Positions 27,626 to 41,540 of a stretch of 64,000 nucleotides of DNA are shown here, piece by piece (position 1 is the first letter of the stretch; the number at the start of each line of letters is the position of its first letter). Source of the stretch: the human T2T-CHM13v2.0 reference genome, Homo sapiens. The position numbers and the translations under genes are program-made. The notes under the pieces are model-generated. The model saw nothing but the letters and a program-made list of their open reading frames with translations. It was not told where the DNA came from and did no database searches. The DNA is taken from NCBI RefSeq assembly GCF_009914755.1, contig NC_060930.1. One strand, written 5' to 3'.

Positions 27626-30600
27626 TGTAGTTATTATTTTTGATTGGTTCATTGTTTAGTCTTTCTACTTATGATAAGAGTAGTTTACACACCACAAATA
27701 CAGTGTTATAATATTCCATGTTTTTATGTACTTACTATTACCAGTAAGTTTTGTACCTTTGGGTGATAATTTATTGCTCATTAATGTTCTTTTTCTTACT
27801 CATTGAAGTACTCCCTTTCTTGTAGGACAGGTCTGGTATTGGTGAAAATCCTCAGCTTTTATTTGTCTGGGAAAGTCTTCATTTTTCCTTCAGGTTTGAA
27901 AGTACTTTTTGCTGGACATGCTATTCTAGGGTAAAAGCTTTTTTCCTTCGTGACTTTAAACATGTCATGCCACTCTCTCCTGGCCTGTAAGGTTTCCACT
28001 GAAAAGTCTGCTGCCAGATGTATTGGATCTCCACTACATGTTATTTGTTTCTTTTCTCTTGCTGCTTTTAGGATCCTTTCTTTATCCTTGACCTTTAAAG
28101 TCTGATTATTAAATGCCTTGAGGTGGTCTTTGGATTAAATCTGCATGGTGTTCTATACCCTTGTTGTATTTGGATATTAATATCCTTGTCTAGATTTGGG
28201 AAGTTCTCTGTTATTATCCCTTTGAGTAAATTTTCTACCCCATCTCCTTCTCTACCTCCTCTTTGAGGCCAATAACTCTTAGATTTGCCCTTTTGAAGTT
28301 ATTTTCTAGATCCTGTAGGCCTGCTTCATTGTTTTTTCTTTTGTCTTCTCTGACTGTGTATTCTCAAATAGCCTGTCTTCAAGCTCACTAATCCTTTCTT
28401 CTGCTTGATTCATTCTGCTATTGAAGAACTCTGATTTATTCTTCAGTATGTCAATGTATTTTTCAACTCCAGCATTTCTGCTTGATATTTTAAAAAGTTA
28501 TATTACTCTCTTTGTTAAATTTACCTGATAGAATTCTGAATTCCTTCTCTTTGTTATCTTGAATTTCTTTGAGTTTCCTCCACACAGGTATATGGAATTC
28601 TCTGTTTGAAAGTTCATATATCTGTGTTTCTCTGGGATTGGCCCCTGGTGGCTTACTTAGTTCATTTGGTGAGGTCATGTTTTCCTAAATAATGTTGATG
28701 CTATTAGATGTTCTTTGGTGTTTGGCATTGAAGAGTTAGGTATTTATTGTAGTCGTCACTGTATGAGCTTATTTGTACCTATCATTCTTGGAAAGACTTT
28801 CTAGTTATTTGAGAGGACTTGGGTGTTGTTTTCTAAGCTGTTTTTGTGTTAGGGGGCACCTCAAGCCCAGTAATGCTGTGGTTCTTGCAGTCTCATAAAG
28901 TCATCACCTTAGTGGTCTTAGAAAAGATCTGGAAGACTTCTCTAGATTACCAGGAAAAGACACTTGTTCTATTCCCTTACTTTCTCCAAAATATACAGTC
29001 TCTGTCTCTCTTCTGAGCCACCTAAAGCTGGGAGTGGAGTGACACAAGTACCCCTGTGGCCACCACCACTACAACTGTGCTGGGTCAGACCTGAAACCTG
29101 CACAGCACTGGTTCTCACCCAAGGCCTGCTATAACCCTCCCTGGCTACTGCCTCTGATTGCTCAAGGCCCTGGGGCTCTATGATCTGCAGGTGGCAAAGT
29201 CAGCCAGGTCTGTGTCTTTCTTGTCAGGCCAGTAAGTTACCCCAGGCCCTGTGTGGATCCAGAAGTGCCATCCAGTAGTCAGAGACTAGAGTCAAAAACC
29301 TGAGTCATCTGCCTGGTATTCTATTGTATGGCAGCTCAGCAGGCTCTCAAGCCATAAGACACGATTCTTCCCACTCTTCCCTCCTCTTTCCAAAGGCGGA
29401 GGAGCCTTACCCTATAGCTGCCACCACCCCCAGCCACAAGGAGTACTGCTGGACTACCACCAATGTTCTTTCAAGGCCCAAGTTTTCTTAAGTCATCCTG
29501 TGATTAATGCTGCCTGGCTTGGGACTCAACCTTTAGAGCAGTGAGCTCCCCTGTGGCCCGTGGCAGGTCCAGAAATGCCATCCAAGAGTCAAGTCCTAGA
29601 ATTGGAGACCCCAAGGGCCTGCTTGGTGCTCTACATTCCTGTAGCAGTGTTGGTACCTGAGGTATAAAACAAAGTCTCCTTTACTTTTCCTTCTGCTTTT
29701 CTCAAGCAGAAGGAATTTTGCACCATAGCCACCACAGCTGGTAATGTGCTGAGTCTCATCTGAAGTCAGCAAATCTCAGAGGCTCACCAAGGCCCTCGAT
29801 GTGGTACCTGGGTGGCGTTGCTGGTTGCTCAGAAACCAAGAACTCTTCAGTTAGCAGGTGATGAATGCTGGCAGGACTGGCTCCTTTCCTTCAAGGCAGT
29901 GAGTTCCCTTCTGGCCCAGGGTGATTCTAGAAATGTTTTCTAGAAGCTAGGACCTGAAACATGGGCCTCACGACTCTGACCCATGCCCTATGCTGCTGTG
30001 GCTGAGTTGGTATCCAAAATGCAAAACAAAGTTCTCCCCACTCTTCCCTCTCCTTTCCTCAAGTAGAAGAAAGGGGTCTTTTCAAAACCTCAAGCTGCGC
30101 AGCCCGAGGTTATAGGAGGGGTGATGCCAGCACTCTCTTGACTGCCCCAGCTGGTGTCTCAGTATGTTGCATGCCCTCCCAATCCACTGTCTCTGGCCAA
30201 GCTCAGCCCTGGAACTTACCTAAAATTGCAGTCCTTATGTCCCAGACTGCCTTTCAAATTTATAAGAGCACTTTGGCCCTCAGTGGCGAGGTTTGTGGAC
30301 ACTTAAGTTCAGATGGCTGGGATTGGCAGCTCCCCTCTGGCTAGGGCTGATTTAAACACTTCCTTTCTGGGTGGACATCAGCTGAATTTTGTCTGTTTTC
30401 TCTTTCTGCTCTAACAGGATAGCACTGAGTTTAATGCCTCACAATTGTTGTGCTCTCCCTCCTCCAGCACCCAGAGAAAATGCTCTCTGAACTGCTGCTG
30501 CTGCTGGGGTGAGGGAGTGTTGATGTCAGTGATTCAAGACTGATTTTCTATCTCTTCAGTACCTCTTTCAATGATGTGAAGTTAAAACCAGGTACTGTGA

Positions 30601-33439
30601 GTGCTCACTTGATTTTTGGTTCTTATGAGGGTGTTTTTTCTTTGTAGATAGTTGTTAACTTAGTGTCCTTGCTGGGGGATGATCAGTGGAGCTTTCTATT
30701 CCGCCACCTTGTTCTACCTCCCTCGGCAATGCTATTTTTTTCTTCTGCTAACCAGACCAGATTTTATCCATATAGATCATAACCTTCCACCAATCAAGTT
30801 TTCTCAATTTCCGATTGATCACATGCATTTCAAAATTCTTATGACTTTTTATTTCTATTATACAACTTAGTACTCTATTACATATATCCTTATCTGTTTA
30901 TTATTTTAACATCTTATGTCTTTTGTATCAAAAAAAATTTAAACTCCACCTTTTGATTCTAATGTATACTTAGGAGAACTTAAGAATATATAACTCAATT
31001 AAATAAATTTTCTTAGTGATTTGGTAATTCTTATCTGAAAGAACACAAAATACCTCTTGATGTTATTATAGATCAAAAAACAGAAGGAGTGTCTGTCGGT
31101 TTACCATTAACACACGTATAATAGCTAGAATGAAATTGTTCTGCATAGTTAAATATCCAAAATAACCAATATCTTGCTCAGATAAAGTAGTCAGAGCAAA
31201 AATATATTTATTCACTCACTTTTTAATGTACAATAGTTATCGAGAGTCAGGTGGCAATCACTGAGTTAGATGTTATATTATCACTATAGCCCAGCTTCTA
31301 ATTCAAAGAGCTTATCTGGGAGTACAAACAAGTAAAGATATAATTTGAATACATGTGACTGAGGTAAGAACACTGGGTAGGACAGCATGTAAATAGTTGA
31401 GACTGACTCAGCCTTGGGGATTCAAGAAAGCTCCCTGGTGGAGGAACATATAATCATAGTTCCTAAAGAAAAAGATGTGGGGTATATATGTAGGTGAGTC
31501 CTACAGAATATAAGTAAGAAATCTAAATGGGAAAGAGATTATAGAAAATTTGAGATGTGTCTGTAATTCAACATGGTATATACACAGAATGACTGAGGAT
31601 AGGAATGAGAATAATAAAAAAAGGAGATGAAATGAGAGGAAATAATCTCAGAGCCTACTGAACCTAACACTATAGGACAGGTAGATTTAGTATAATTTGG
31701 CAAGTATCTGCTATTGACCAAGAAACAACAGGATAAACAAATTATCTATTTCATCAATTCTAGAGTATGTTTAATATGCTCATGTCAATATATTCATATG
31801 TTTCATGTTTACAAGGCCATAATATCTTCTCTACTTGACATTTGCTCTGTTTGGTGTTTCTCAAATTTGAAAGTAATTTTTGTTAAAAAAAAAAATGTGC
31901 ACAGTGGCAAGGCCAAACATTTTCTCCCACATGTATAGATACAACCTTATAAAAATATACGTAAGATTATAGGTACAAATACAGGGCTTATGCTTGTTTG
32001 ATGTGATTTTTTTTCACTTTATATCTCAGATACATACTTATATGTCAGGACATATAGATCCATTTTGTTTTTTATTCAAATACATAAAATTTTATATTCT
32101 GTGTTTTTAATAATTTTTAAAATTCTTTTTGGCTTGACTTCATAACTAATTTCTACTCTCTTTCAATTCAAGAAATATATATGTCTATGTATGTATGACT
32201 AATTTTATTTAATGGATTAGATTCTGTGAGATTAAAAGATTTTTTATTTCTTTATATCATTTTTTAAGTAGTACCATATTAGTGTTTGAATTTTGCAGCA
32301 ATTTTTAAATATAATATTCACAATGAATGTATATGTCATGTTTACTTCCTAAAGCATATATTTATGTATATAAATATATATGCAAAATCACATGAATAAT
32401 AGTTTCTACTCTCAGAACATCAAACTGTATTAATATAATGTGTACCTGTGTGTGTGTTGTGTACATTTACCTTAGTGTCATTTTTCTTCAGTATATTGAT
32501 TTTCTTGGGAATAGTGTGCTATAATAGTTTTTTAATATTTACTTCATAACTCTCAATCCCCTGTTGAGTGCATTGTGAAGGCTTAATCAATGCTAAAATC
32601 AAATATAATAAACTTGCAAAGTATTCAAATCAATGCTTCCTTTCCTTTTTGACTTTTGGGCTAATTATACCAGTAATTCTTATCTCTATGAACACCCTGA
32701 ACTCAATGGTTCTGAGTGAGTAGTTTTGTTTCCCTTTTATCTTTGTAATTTCTAGATAATTTTCCTTTTGTCATTTTTTCCCGGTTTTTATTTTTTTAAT
32801 ATGGGTATAAAGTATTCATATTACTTTACTTTCAAAGCACTTTATTTTAATGAGGATACTATATAAAAAACTTAAAAAGCATGAGATTTTAATAAAACTC
32901 ACGTCCTTCTATATCATTGCTATAGAAACTGACTCATTTTCATCAAGCAGAGTTAATTAAGACTTTTTTCATTGTTTTTTTCCCCCAGTTAGCCTCTTCT
33001 AATAATTATGCTTCCATTCTCTAAATTTAGGAAGTTGTTAAAAAACCCCAGTGTTAGAGAAAATTGTCATTGCAAAGGAAACATATTATCATTAGAAACA
33101 TAAAATATTAATAGCTGTAATATAATAACAAATATTTGCATATCCTTTTTTTCATTGTGCAATGTGACAATCTACTATGTCAGTAGATTCAAATAACAAC
33201 CTTTATAATAGAAAATCAAAGTCATTTTTCAGATGATAAAATTAAGAGTCACAGACATTGGTCTTCAAAATAGCTGCTTAGTAAGAGAGGCGACTAGGAC
33301 ATAGTATCCAAGTCCCCAGCATGTTTTTTCAAATAATTTCAAAATTCTCCAAACTCCTTGCCTATAATAGCTTTCTTTAACAGAAAATAGCCAAGAAAAT
33401 CTCAGAAAAACTTTTATCATCTTTCTTAATGTATCTCTT

Positions 33440-33740
33440 TTTGTTTTGTTTTGTTTGTTGAGACAGAATTTCACTCTGTTGCCCAGGCTGGAGTGCGGTG
33501 GTGCCATCATGGTTCACTGCAGCCTCGAACCCCTGAGCTCAGGTGATCCACCCTTCTCAGCCTCCTGAGTAGTTGGGATACAGGCACGTGCCACCACGCC
33601 CAGATAATTTTTCTATACTTTTTCAGAGAGAGGGGTTCACTGTGGTTCCCAGGCTGGTCTCAAACTCCTAGGCTCAAGTGGTACATCCACCTCAGCCTCC
33701 CAAGTGATAGGATTACAGGCATGAGCCACCATGCCCTGCC
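33440..33740 (-). mobile_element. AluJ
   Basis: J diagnostics (cactgcagcctcga.., ctcctaggctcaagtg); TSD taatgtatctctt at 33427-33439 and 33742-33754. Confidence 0.95.
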
Positions 33741-34169
33741 ATAATGTATCTCTTAACTTTGCAATCAATTATGACATCACAACACACATATATAAGAACA
33801 ATCAATGTACATGTAAGATGAAAAATATATATTGAGCACTTCTGTATGACAGTCACTGGTCTAGCTGTCAGGAAATTTTTGACAACCTACTGGAGAAAAT
33901 GCGTCCGTAAGAGAATAATTCTACATATGTTATAATACAATGTGGTACGGAATCTGACAGAGGTGCTCACCAAGTGATTTGAGAGAATAGAAGGGTCAAT
34001 TAGTTTGACTTCAGAAGAATGAGCTTGTCTTGAAAGGTGGGAACAAGAACAAAAATGGCTTTAGAATCTGCATTCCACTGACTTTTAAAGATGAACAGGT
34101 AAATTCAAAAGTAAGATCTTTCCAAGTGATAAAAGAAAAATCATTTTCAATGCAGCACTCCATCACAGC

Positions 34170-34268
34170 TAATGTGACTGTATACTTTATCAGTTATTAA
34201 TCAGCACCTGAGACAACAGGTATAAACTGGGGACAGTCCTGTACAAACCCAGATTTATGGGTGCCGTA
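34170..34268 (+). mobile_element. MER94-like hAT-Blackjack relic
   Basis: gagacaacaggtataaactggggacagtcc..caaacccagatttatgg. Confidence 0.6.
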
Positions 34269-35024
34269 GGTTCTCTCCAGAAAGAAAGACAATGAAGTAA
34301 AGATCTACAAATAACAGTATCATTACATTGCTTCTCTAAAGTCAGTCTCCTGCTCCATCCTATATATCTGACAATGCTGCCACACTCTCACACATCCAAG
34401 ACAAAAAAGTGGGAATCGACCTAGACCCTCCCTATCTGATTCTTACCCCAGTTATGATATAAATCCTTTAAAATATATCTGCTAATTCTCTTCCCTCTCT
34501 TCATCACTGTGGCCACTACATAAACCATCCTTATCTCATGCCTAGACTTTTTAATTCCAGCTACTCAGGCTCCTTTCCTTCAGCTTGCACTTTATTCTAC
34601 ACAATGCTCCAGATTCTGTTACCTAAAATCCATAACTAGTCATGGCACTTCCTTGGACTTTATGTCCACTACAGGTATGTTGGCTAACAAAAAAGGCCTT
34701 TCTGGATTTGCCCTACGTATCAGTTTTTCTGGCCTTCTACATTGCTGCATGTTTCTCGTTTTTATTTTTTTATTTTTTTTTTTTTTTACATTATAGAGAC
34801 TCAATAATATATCCCTAAACACAGCATACATTTCTTTCCACTTTTGCAATTTTCTATATGCTCCTCCCTCTGCCTGGAATTTCTCTCTTCCCTTGTCTTC
34901 ACAGAGGTCCTCAAAATCCTATCAAAGGTCATTTAATTTCTCTTTTTTTCCCTTTCACACTCACAAACAAGAGTAAATTTCTTCCTGCTCTTTGATATGC
35001 TGGGTTTTTGTTTGTTTGTTTGTT

Positions 35025-35212
35025 ATACATTGGGGCCTGTCAGGGGTGGGAGGAGGAGGAAGGGAGAGCATCAGGAAAAATAGCTAATGGATCCTGCCCT
35101 TAATACCTAGGTGATGGGATGGTCTGTGCGGCATACCACTATGGCACATGTAACAAACGTACATCCTACACACATACCCTTAAATTTAAAATAATAGTAA
35201 AAGAAAAAAAAC
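35025..35212 (+). mobile_element. Truncated older L1PA 3' end (L1PA13-16-like)
   Basis: gggagagcatcaggaaaaatagctaatg..cttaatacctaggtgatggg..A tail. Confidence 0.88.
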
Positions 35213-35327
35213 AGTAATTTTAAAAGAGAAGTTTTATTCTTAATACTAGTAATCTTAAATGGCACAGGATTGGGGTGTAGGGAGGGGATGAGCAGTGCAG
35301 AGGAGACGAAGAAGCTGTTTTAATATG

Positions 35328-35671
35328 CAGTCATGCATTGCCTAATGATGGAAACACATTCTGAAAAATGCATCTTTAGGCAACTTTTGCTGTGTGCTAA
35401 CATCATAGAGTGTACTTACATAAACCTAGATGGTATAGCCCACTTTACACCTAGGCTATATGGTTCAACCTATTGCTTTTAGGCTACAAACCTCTACAGC
35501 ATGTTATTCTACTGAATACTGTAGGCAATTGTAACACAATAGTAAGTACTTGAGTATCTAAGAATAAGCATAGAAAAGGTACAGAAAAAAATACAATATT
35601 ATAATCTTAAGAGGTCATCATCATATATGAGTTCCATTATTGAGCAAAACACCATTATGCCATCCATGACT
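35328..35671 (+). mobile_element. Tigger3a-type TcMar-Tigger MITE
   Basis: TIRs cagtcatg..catgactg followed by TA; internal catagagtgtacttacataaacctagatggtatagcc. Confidence 0.88.
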
Positions 35672-36604
35672 GTAATTTGTGGCAACTTCATATCATAATT
35701 ATTTCAAAATTGAAGGGAGACGGACACTGAATTAATTACCTGTTTCTTATTTGTTTAGAATTTTCTAAAAAGTCCTATCTGTTCCTTTCTTGTTCCCTTG
35801 TGTAGATTAATCGTGCAAAGTCTAGAATGTATTCTGAAACATTCAAAGGAAGTGGCCTAATATGTATATACATTATTATTATTTAACTCTTAAAAAACTG
35901 AAACTGATCCACAAACCAAAAAGTTAACTACCTCATGAAACTAACAGGTTTCAATCTGCTTACACACCTTATGGAAAATTCTACAATATTTCACTTGAAA
36001 CCAGAAGAAGACTAATAGTGCCACAGCTAAGGCTGAGGAGTCTAAGGCTTTTTTTTTTTTTTTTTTTTTTTTTTGCCAAACCTAGAAACTCACTTCCTAG
36101 AAAAACACCTTCCATTTATAATGCAAATGTGTTGGTGGCAAGCACTCTCTCAGAATGGTTATGAAAGCCAAATTTATCATCCTCACCTAATAGCAGAAAC
36201 ACAAGAGAGCACCGGTATCATCTCTGACCTTGGAGAAAAACGTTTACTATGAAAATAAAAGGCAGGAAGTCACCTTAACCTGTCCACTAGAAACACTAAA
36301 AATCATGTGTTCTGTTCTTTAACAAAAATAGATCAAAATCACCAAACTGTATATCTACAGCAAACTTTATTTTTTTATTTTTCAAGCTTTTTTAATTTTA
36401 TTATACTTTAAGTTCTAGGGTACATGTGCACAACGTGCAGGTTTGTTACATAGGTATACATGTGTCATGTTGGTTTGCTGCACCCATCAACTCGTCATTT
36501 ACATTAGGTATTTCTCCTAATGTTATCCCTCCCCTAGTTCCCCAACCCCCCGACAGGCCTCAGTGTGTGATGTTCCCTGCCCTGTGTCCAAGGTTTCTCA
36601 TTGT

Positions 36605-39600
36605 AAAATTCACACCTATGAGTGAGAACACATGGTGTTTGGTTTTCTGTCCTTGTGATAGTTTGCTAAGAATGATGGTTTCCAGCTTCATCCATGTCCC
36701 TGCAAAGGACATGAATTCATCCTTTTATGGCTGCATAGAATTCCATGGTGTATACATGCCATATTTTCTTAATCCAGTCTATCATTGACGGACATTAGGG
36801 TTGGTCTTTGCTATTGTGAATAGTGCCGCAGTAAACATATGTGTGCATGTGTCTTTACAGTAGCATGATTTATAATCCTTTGGGTATATACCCAGTAATG
36901 AGATTGCTGGATCTAATGGGATTTCTAGTTCTAGATCCTTGAGGAATCGCCACACTGTCTTCCACAATGGTTGAATTAATTTACACTCCCACCAACAGTG
37001 TAAAAGCGTTCCTATTTCTCCACATCCTCTCCAGCATCTGTTGTTTGCTGACTTTTTAATGATCGCCATTCTAACTGGTGTGAGATGGTATCTCATTGTG
37101 ATTTTGATTTGCATTTTTCTGATGATCAGTGATGATGAGGATTTTTTCGTGTGTCTGTTGGCTGCATAAATGTCTTCTTTTGAGAAGTGTCTGTTCATAA
37201 CCTTTTCCCACTTTTTGATGGGGGTGTTTTATTCTTGTAAATTTAAATTCTTTGTAGATTCTGGATATTAGCCCTTTGTCACATGGGTAGATTGCAAAAA
37301 TTTTCTCCCATTCTGTAGGTTGCCTGTTCAGTCTGATGGTAATTTCTTTTGCCGTACAGAAGCTCTTTAGTTTAATTAGATCCCATTTATCTATTTTGGC
37401 TTTTGTTGCCATTGCTTTTGGTGTTTTAGTCATGAAGTCTTTGCCCATGCCTATGTCCTGAATGGTATTGCCTAGTTTTTCTTCTAGGGTTTTTATGGTT
37501 TTAGGTCTAACATTTAAGTCTTTAATCCATCTTGAATTAATTTTTGTATAAGATGTAAGGGAGGGATCCAGTTTCAGCTTTCTACATATGGCTAGCCAGT
37601 TTTCCCAGCACCATTTATTATATAGGGAATCCTTTCTTCATGTCTTGTTTTTGTCAGATTTGTCAAAGATCAGATGGTTGTAGATGTGTGGTGTTATTTC
37701 TGAGGCCTCTGTTCTGTTCCATTGGTCTATATACCTGTTCTGGTACCAGTACCATGCTGTTTTGGTTACTGTGGCCATGTAGTATAGTTTGAAGTCAGGT
37801 AGCATGATGCCTTCGGCTTTGTTTTTGTTTTGTTTGTTTGTTTTTGTTTTTTGTTTAGGATTGTCTTGGCAATGCGGGCTCTTTTTTGGTTCCACATGAA
37901 CTTTAAATTAGTTTTTTTCCAATTCTGTGAAGAAAATCATTGGTAGCTTGATGGGGATAGCATTAAATCTATAAATTATCTTGAGCCATTTTCATGATAT
38001 TGATTCTTCCTATCCATGAGCATGGAATGTTCTTCCATTTTTTTTGTGTCCTCTTTTACTTCGTTGAGCAGTGGTTTGTAGTTCTCCTTGAAGAGGTCCT
38101 TCACATCCCTTGTAAGTTGGATTCCTAGGTATTTTATTCTCTTTGTAGCAATTGTGAATGGAAGTTCACTCATGATTTGGCTGTCTGTTTGTCTGTTATT
38201 GGTATATAGGAATGCTTGTAATTTTTGCACATTGATTTTGTATCCTGAGACTTTGCTGAAGTTGTTTATCAGCTTAAGGAGATTTTTGGCTGAGACGATG
38301 GGGTGTTCTAAATATACAATCATGTCATCTGCAAACAGAGAAAATTTGACTTCCTCTTTTCCTAATTGAATACCCTTTATTTCTTTCTCTTGCCTGATTG
38401 CCCTGGCCAGAACTTCCAACACTGTGTTGAATAGGAGTGGTGAGAGACGACATCCTTTTGTTGTGCCGGTTTTCAAAGGGAATTGTTCCAGCTTTTGCCC
38501 ATTTAATATGATTTGGCTGTGTGTTTGTCATAAATGGCTCTTATTATTTTAAGATACATTCCATCAATACCTAGTTTATTGAGAGTTTTTAGCATGAAGG
38601 GCTGTTGAATTTTGTTGAAGGCCTTTTCTGCGTCTATTGAGATAATCATGTGGTTTTTCTCGCTGGTCCTGTTTATGTGATGGATTACGTTTATTGATTT
38701 GCATATGTTGAACCAGCCTTGCATCCCAGGGATGAAGCAGACTTGATCGTGGTGGATACACTTTTTGATGTGCTGCTGGATTTTGTTTGCCAGTATTTTA
38801 TTGAGGAGTTTTGCATCGATGTCCATCAGGGATATTGGTCTAAAATGCTCTTTTTTTTTGTTGTGTCTCTGCCAGGTTTTGGTATCAGGATGATGCTTGC
38901 CTCATAAAATGAGTTAGGGAAGATTCTCTCTTTTTCCATTGATTTGAATAGTTTCAGAAGGAATGGTATCAGCTCCTCTTTGTACCTCTGGTAGATTTCA
39001 GCTGTGAATCCATCTGGTCCTGGATGCTTTTTGGTTGGTAGGCTATTAATTATTGCCTCAATTTCAGAGCCTGTTATTGGTCTATTCGGAGATTCAACTT
39101 CTTCCTGGTTTAGTCTTGGGAGGGTGTAAGTGTAAAGGAATTTATCCATTTCTTCTAGATTTTCTAGTTTATTTGCATAGAGGTGTTTGTAGTATTCTCT
39201 GATGGTAGTTTGTATTTCTGTGGGATTGGTGCTGATATCCCCTTTGTCATTTTTTACTGCGTCTATTTGATTCTTCTTTCTTTTCTTCTGTGTTAGTCTT
39301 GTTAGCAGTCTATCAATTGTGTTGATCTTTTCAAAAAACCAGCTCCTAGATTAATTGATTTTTGGAAGGGTTTTTTGTGTCTCTATCTCTTTCAGTTCTG
39401 CTCTGATCTTTGTTATTTTCTGCCTTCTGCTAGCTTTTGAATTTGTTTGCTCTTGCTTCTCTAGTTCTTTTAGTTGTGATGTTAGGACATTGATTTCAGA
39501 TCTTTCCTGCTTTCTCTTGTGGGCATTTAGTGCTATAAGTTTCCTTCTACACACTGCTTTAAATGTCCCAGAGATTCTGGTACATTGTGTCTTCGTTCTC

Positions 39601-40435
39601 ATTGGTTTCAAAGAACTTATTTATTTCTGCCTTCATTTCGTTATTTACCCAGTAGTCATTCAGAAGCAGGTTGTTCAGTTTCGATGTAGTTGTGCAGTTT
39701 TGAGTGAGTTTCTTAATCCTGAGTTCTAATTTGATTGTACTGTGGTATGAGAGACAGTTTGTTGTGATTTTTGTTCTTTTTCATTTGCTGAGGAGTGCTT
39801 TACTTTCAATTATGTGGTCAATTTTAGAATAAGTGCTATGTGGTGCTGAGAAGAATGTATATTCTGTTGATTTGGGGTGGAGGGTTCTGTAGATGTCTAT
39901 TAAGTTCATTTGGCCCAGAGCTGAGTTCAAGTCCCGGATATCTTTGTTAACCTTCTGTCTCATTGACCACTGTCTAATATTGACAGTGGGGTGTTAAAAT
40001 CTTCCAATATTATTGTGTGGGAGTCTAAGTCTCTTTGTAGGTCTCTAAGGACTTGCATTATTAATCTGGGTGCTCTTGTATTGGGTACATATATATTTAG
40101 CATAGTTAGCTTTTCTTGTTGAATTGATCCTTTTACCATTATGTAATGGCCTTCTTTGTCTCTTTGATCTTTGTTGGTTTAAAGTCTGTTTTATCAGAGA
40201 CTAGGATTGTAACCCCTGCTTTTTTTTTTTTTTGCTTTCCATTTGTTTGTTAGATCTTCTTCCATCCCTTTATTTTGAGCCTATGTGTGTCTCTGCACAT
40301 GAGATGGGTCTCCTGAATACAGCACACTGATGGGTCTTGACTCTTTATCCAATTTGCCAGTCTGTGTCTTTTAATTGGGGCATTTAGCCTATTTACATTT
40401 AAGGTTAATATTGTTGCATGTGAATTTGATCCATC
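36605..40435 (-). pseudogene. Disrupted L1 ORF2 (endonuclease/reverse transcriptase)
   Basis: Fragments in several frames: [36 protein letters not shown]; many frameshifts and stops. Confidence 0.93.
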
Positions 40436-40469
40436 ATTATGATGTTAGCTGGTTATTTTCCCTGCTAAT

Positions 40470-41540
40470 TGATGCAGTTTCTTCATAGCATCAATGGTCT
40501 TTACAATTTGGCATGTTTTTGCAGTGGCTGGTATGGTTTGTTCCTTTCCATGTTTAGTGCTTCCTTCAGGAACTCTTGTAAGGCAGGCCTAGTGGTGACA
40601 AAATCTCTCAGCATTTGCTTGTCTGTAAAGGTTTTTATTTCTCCTTCACTTATGAAGCTTAGTTTGGCTGAATATGAAATTCTGGGTTGAAAATTCTTTT
40701 CTTTAAGAATGTTGAATATTGGACTTCACTCTCTTCTGGCTTGTAGAGTTTCTGCTGAGAGAGAGATCTGCTGTTAGTCTGATGGGCTTCCCTTTGTGGG
40801 TAACCTGACCTTTCTCTTTGGCTATTCTTAACATTTTTTCTTTCATTTCAACCTTGGTGAAACTGAAAATTATGTGTCTTGGGGTTGCTCTTCTCAAGGA
40901 GTATCTTTACGGTGTTCTCTGTATTTCCTGAATTTGCTGAATTTGAATGTTGGCCTGCCTTGCTAGGTTGGGGAAATTCTCCTGGATAATATCCTGAAGA
41001 GTATTTTCCAACTTGATTCCATTCTCCCCGTCACTTTGAGATACACCAATCAAACGTAGATATGGTCTTTTCACATAGTCCCATATTCCTTGGAGGCTTT
41101 GTTCATTTCTTGCTAAGCTTTTTTTTCTAAACTTGTCTTCTCACTTTATTTCAATAATTCGATCTTCAATCACTGATATCCTTTCTTCAACTTGATTGAA
41201 TTGGCTATCGAAGCTTGTGCATGAGTCACAAAGTTCTTGTGCCATGGTTTTTCAGCTCCATCAGGTCATTTAAGGTCTTCTCTACACTGTTTATTCTAGT
41301 TAGCCATTTGTCTAACCTTTTTTCAAGGTTTTTAACTTCCTTGCGATGGGTTAGAACATGCCTCTTTAGCTTGGAGAAGTTTGTTATTACTGACCTTCTG
41401 AAGCCTACTTCTGTCAACTCATCAAAGTCATTCTCCATCCAGCTTTGTTCTGTTGCTGGCGAGGAGCTGTGATCCTTTGGAGGAGAAGAGGCTCTCTGGT
41501 TTTTAGAATTTTCAGCTTTTCTGCTGTGGTTTCTCCCCAT
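40470..41540 (-). pseudogene. Disrupted L1 ORF1
   Basis: MGRNHSRKAENSKNQ..WMENDFDEL and RRATPRHII..GKPIRLTADLS lie in separate ORFs. Confidence 0.9.

Larger units (their letters stand above)
25961..30724 (-). mobile_element. L1MA continuation (ORF2 endonuclease region, ORF1, 5'UTR)
   Basis: ORF 26497..26802 resembles the L1 endonuclease (LQET..GVAILVSDKIDFK..LNIYAPNTGAP); 5' end at ~30724; degenerate TSD ggtaattctattctt (23196) and ggcaatgctattttt (30725). Confidence 0.9.

Noticed and set aside
36049-36074. Isolated T26 run as a retro-insertion
   Set aside because: There is no element body or TSD, so it is treated as a simple homopolymer.
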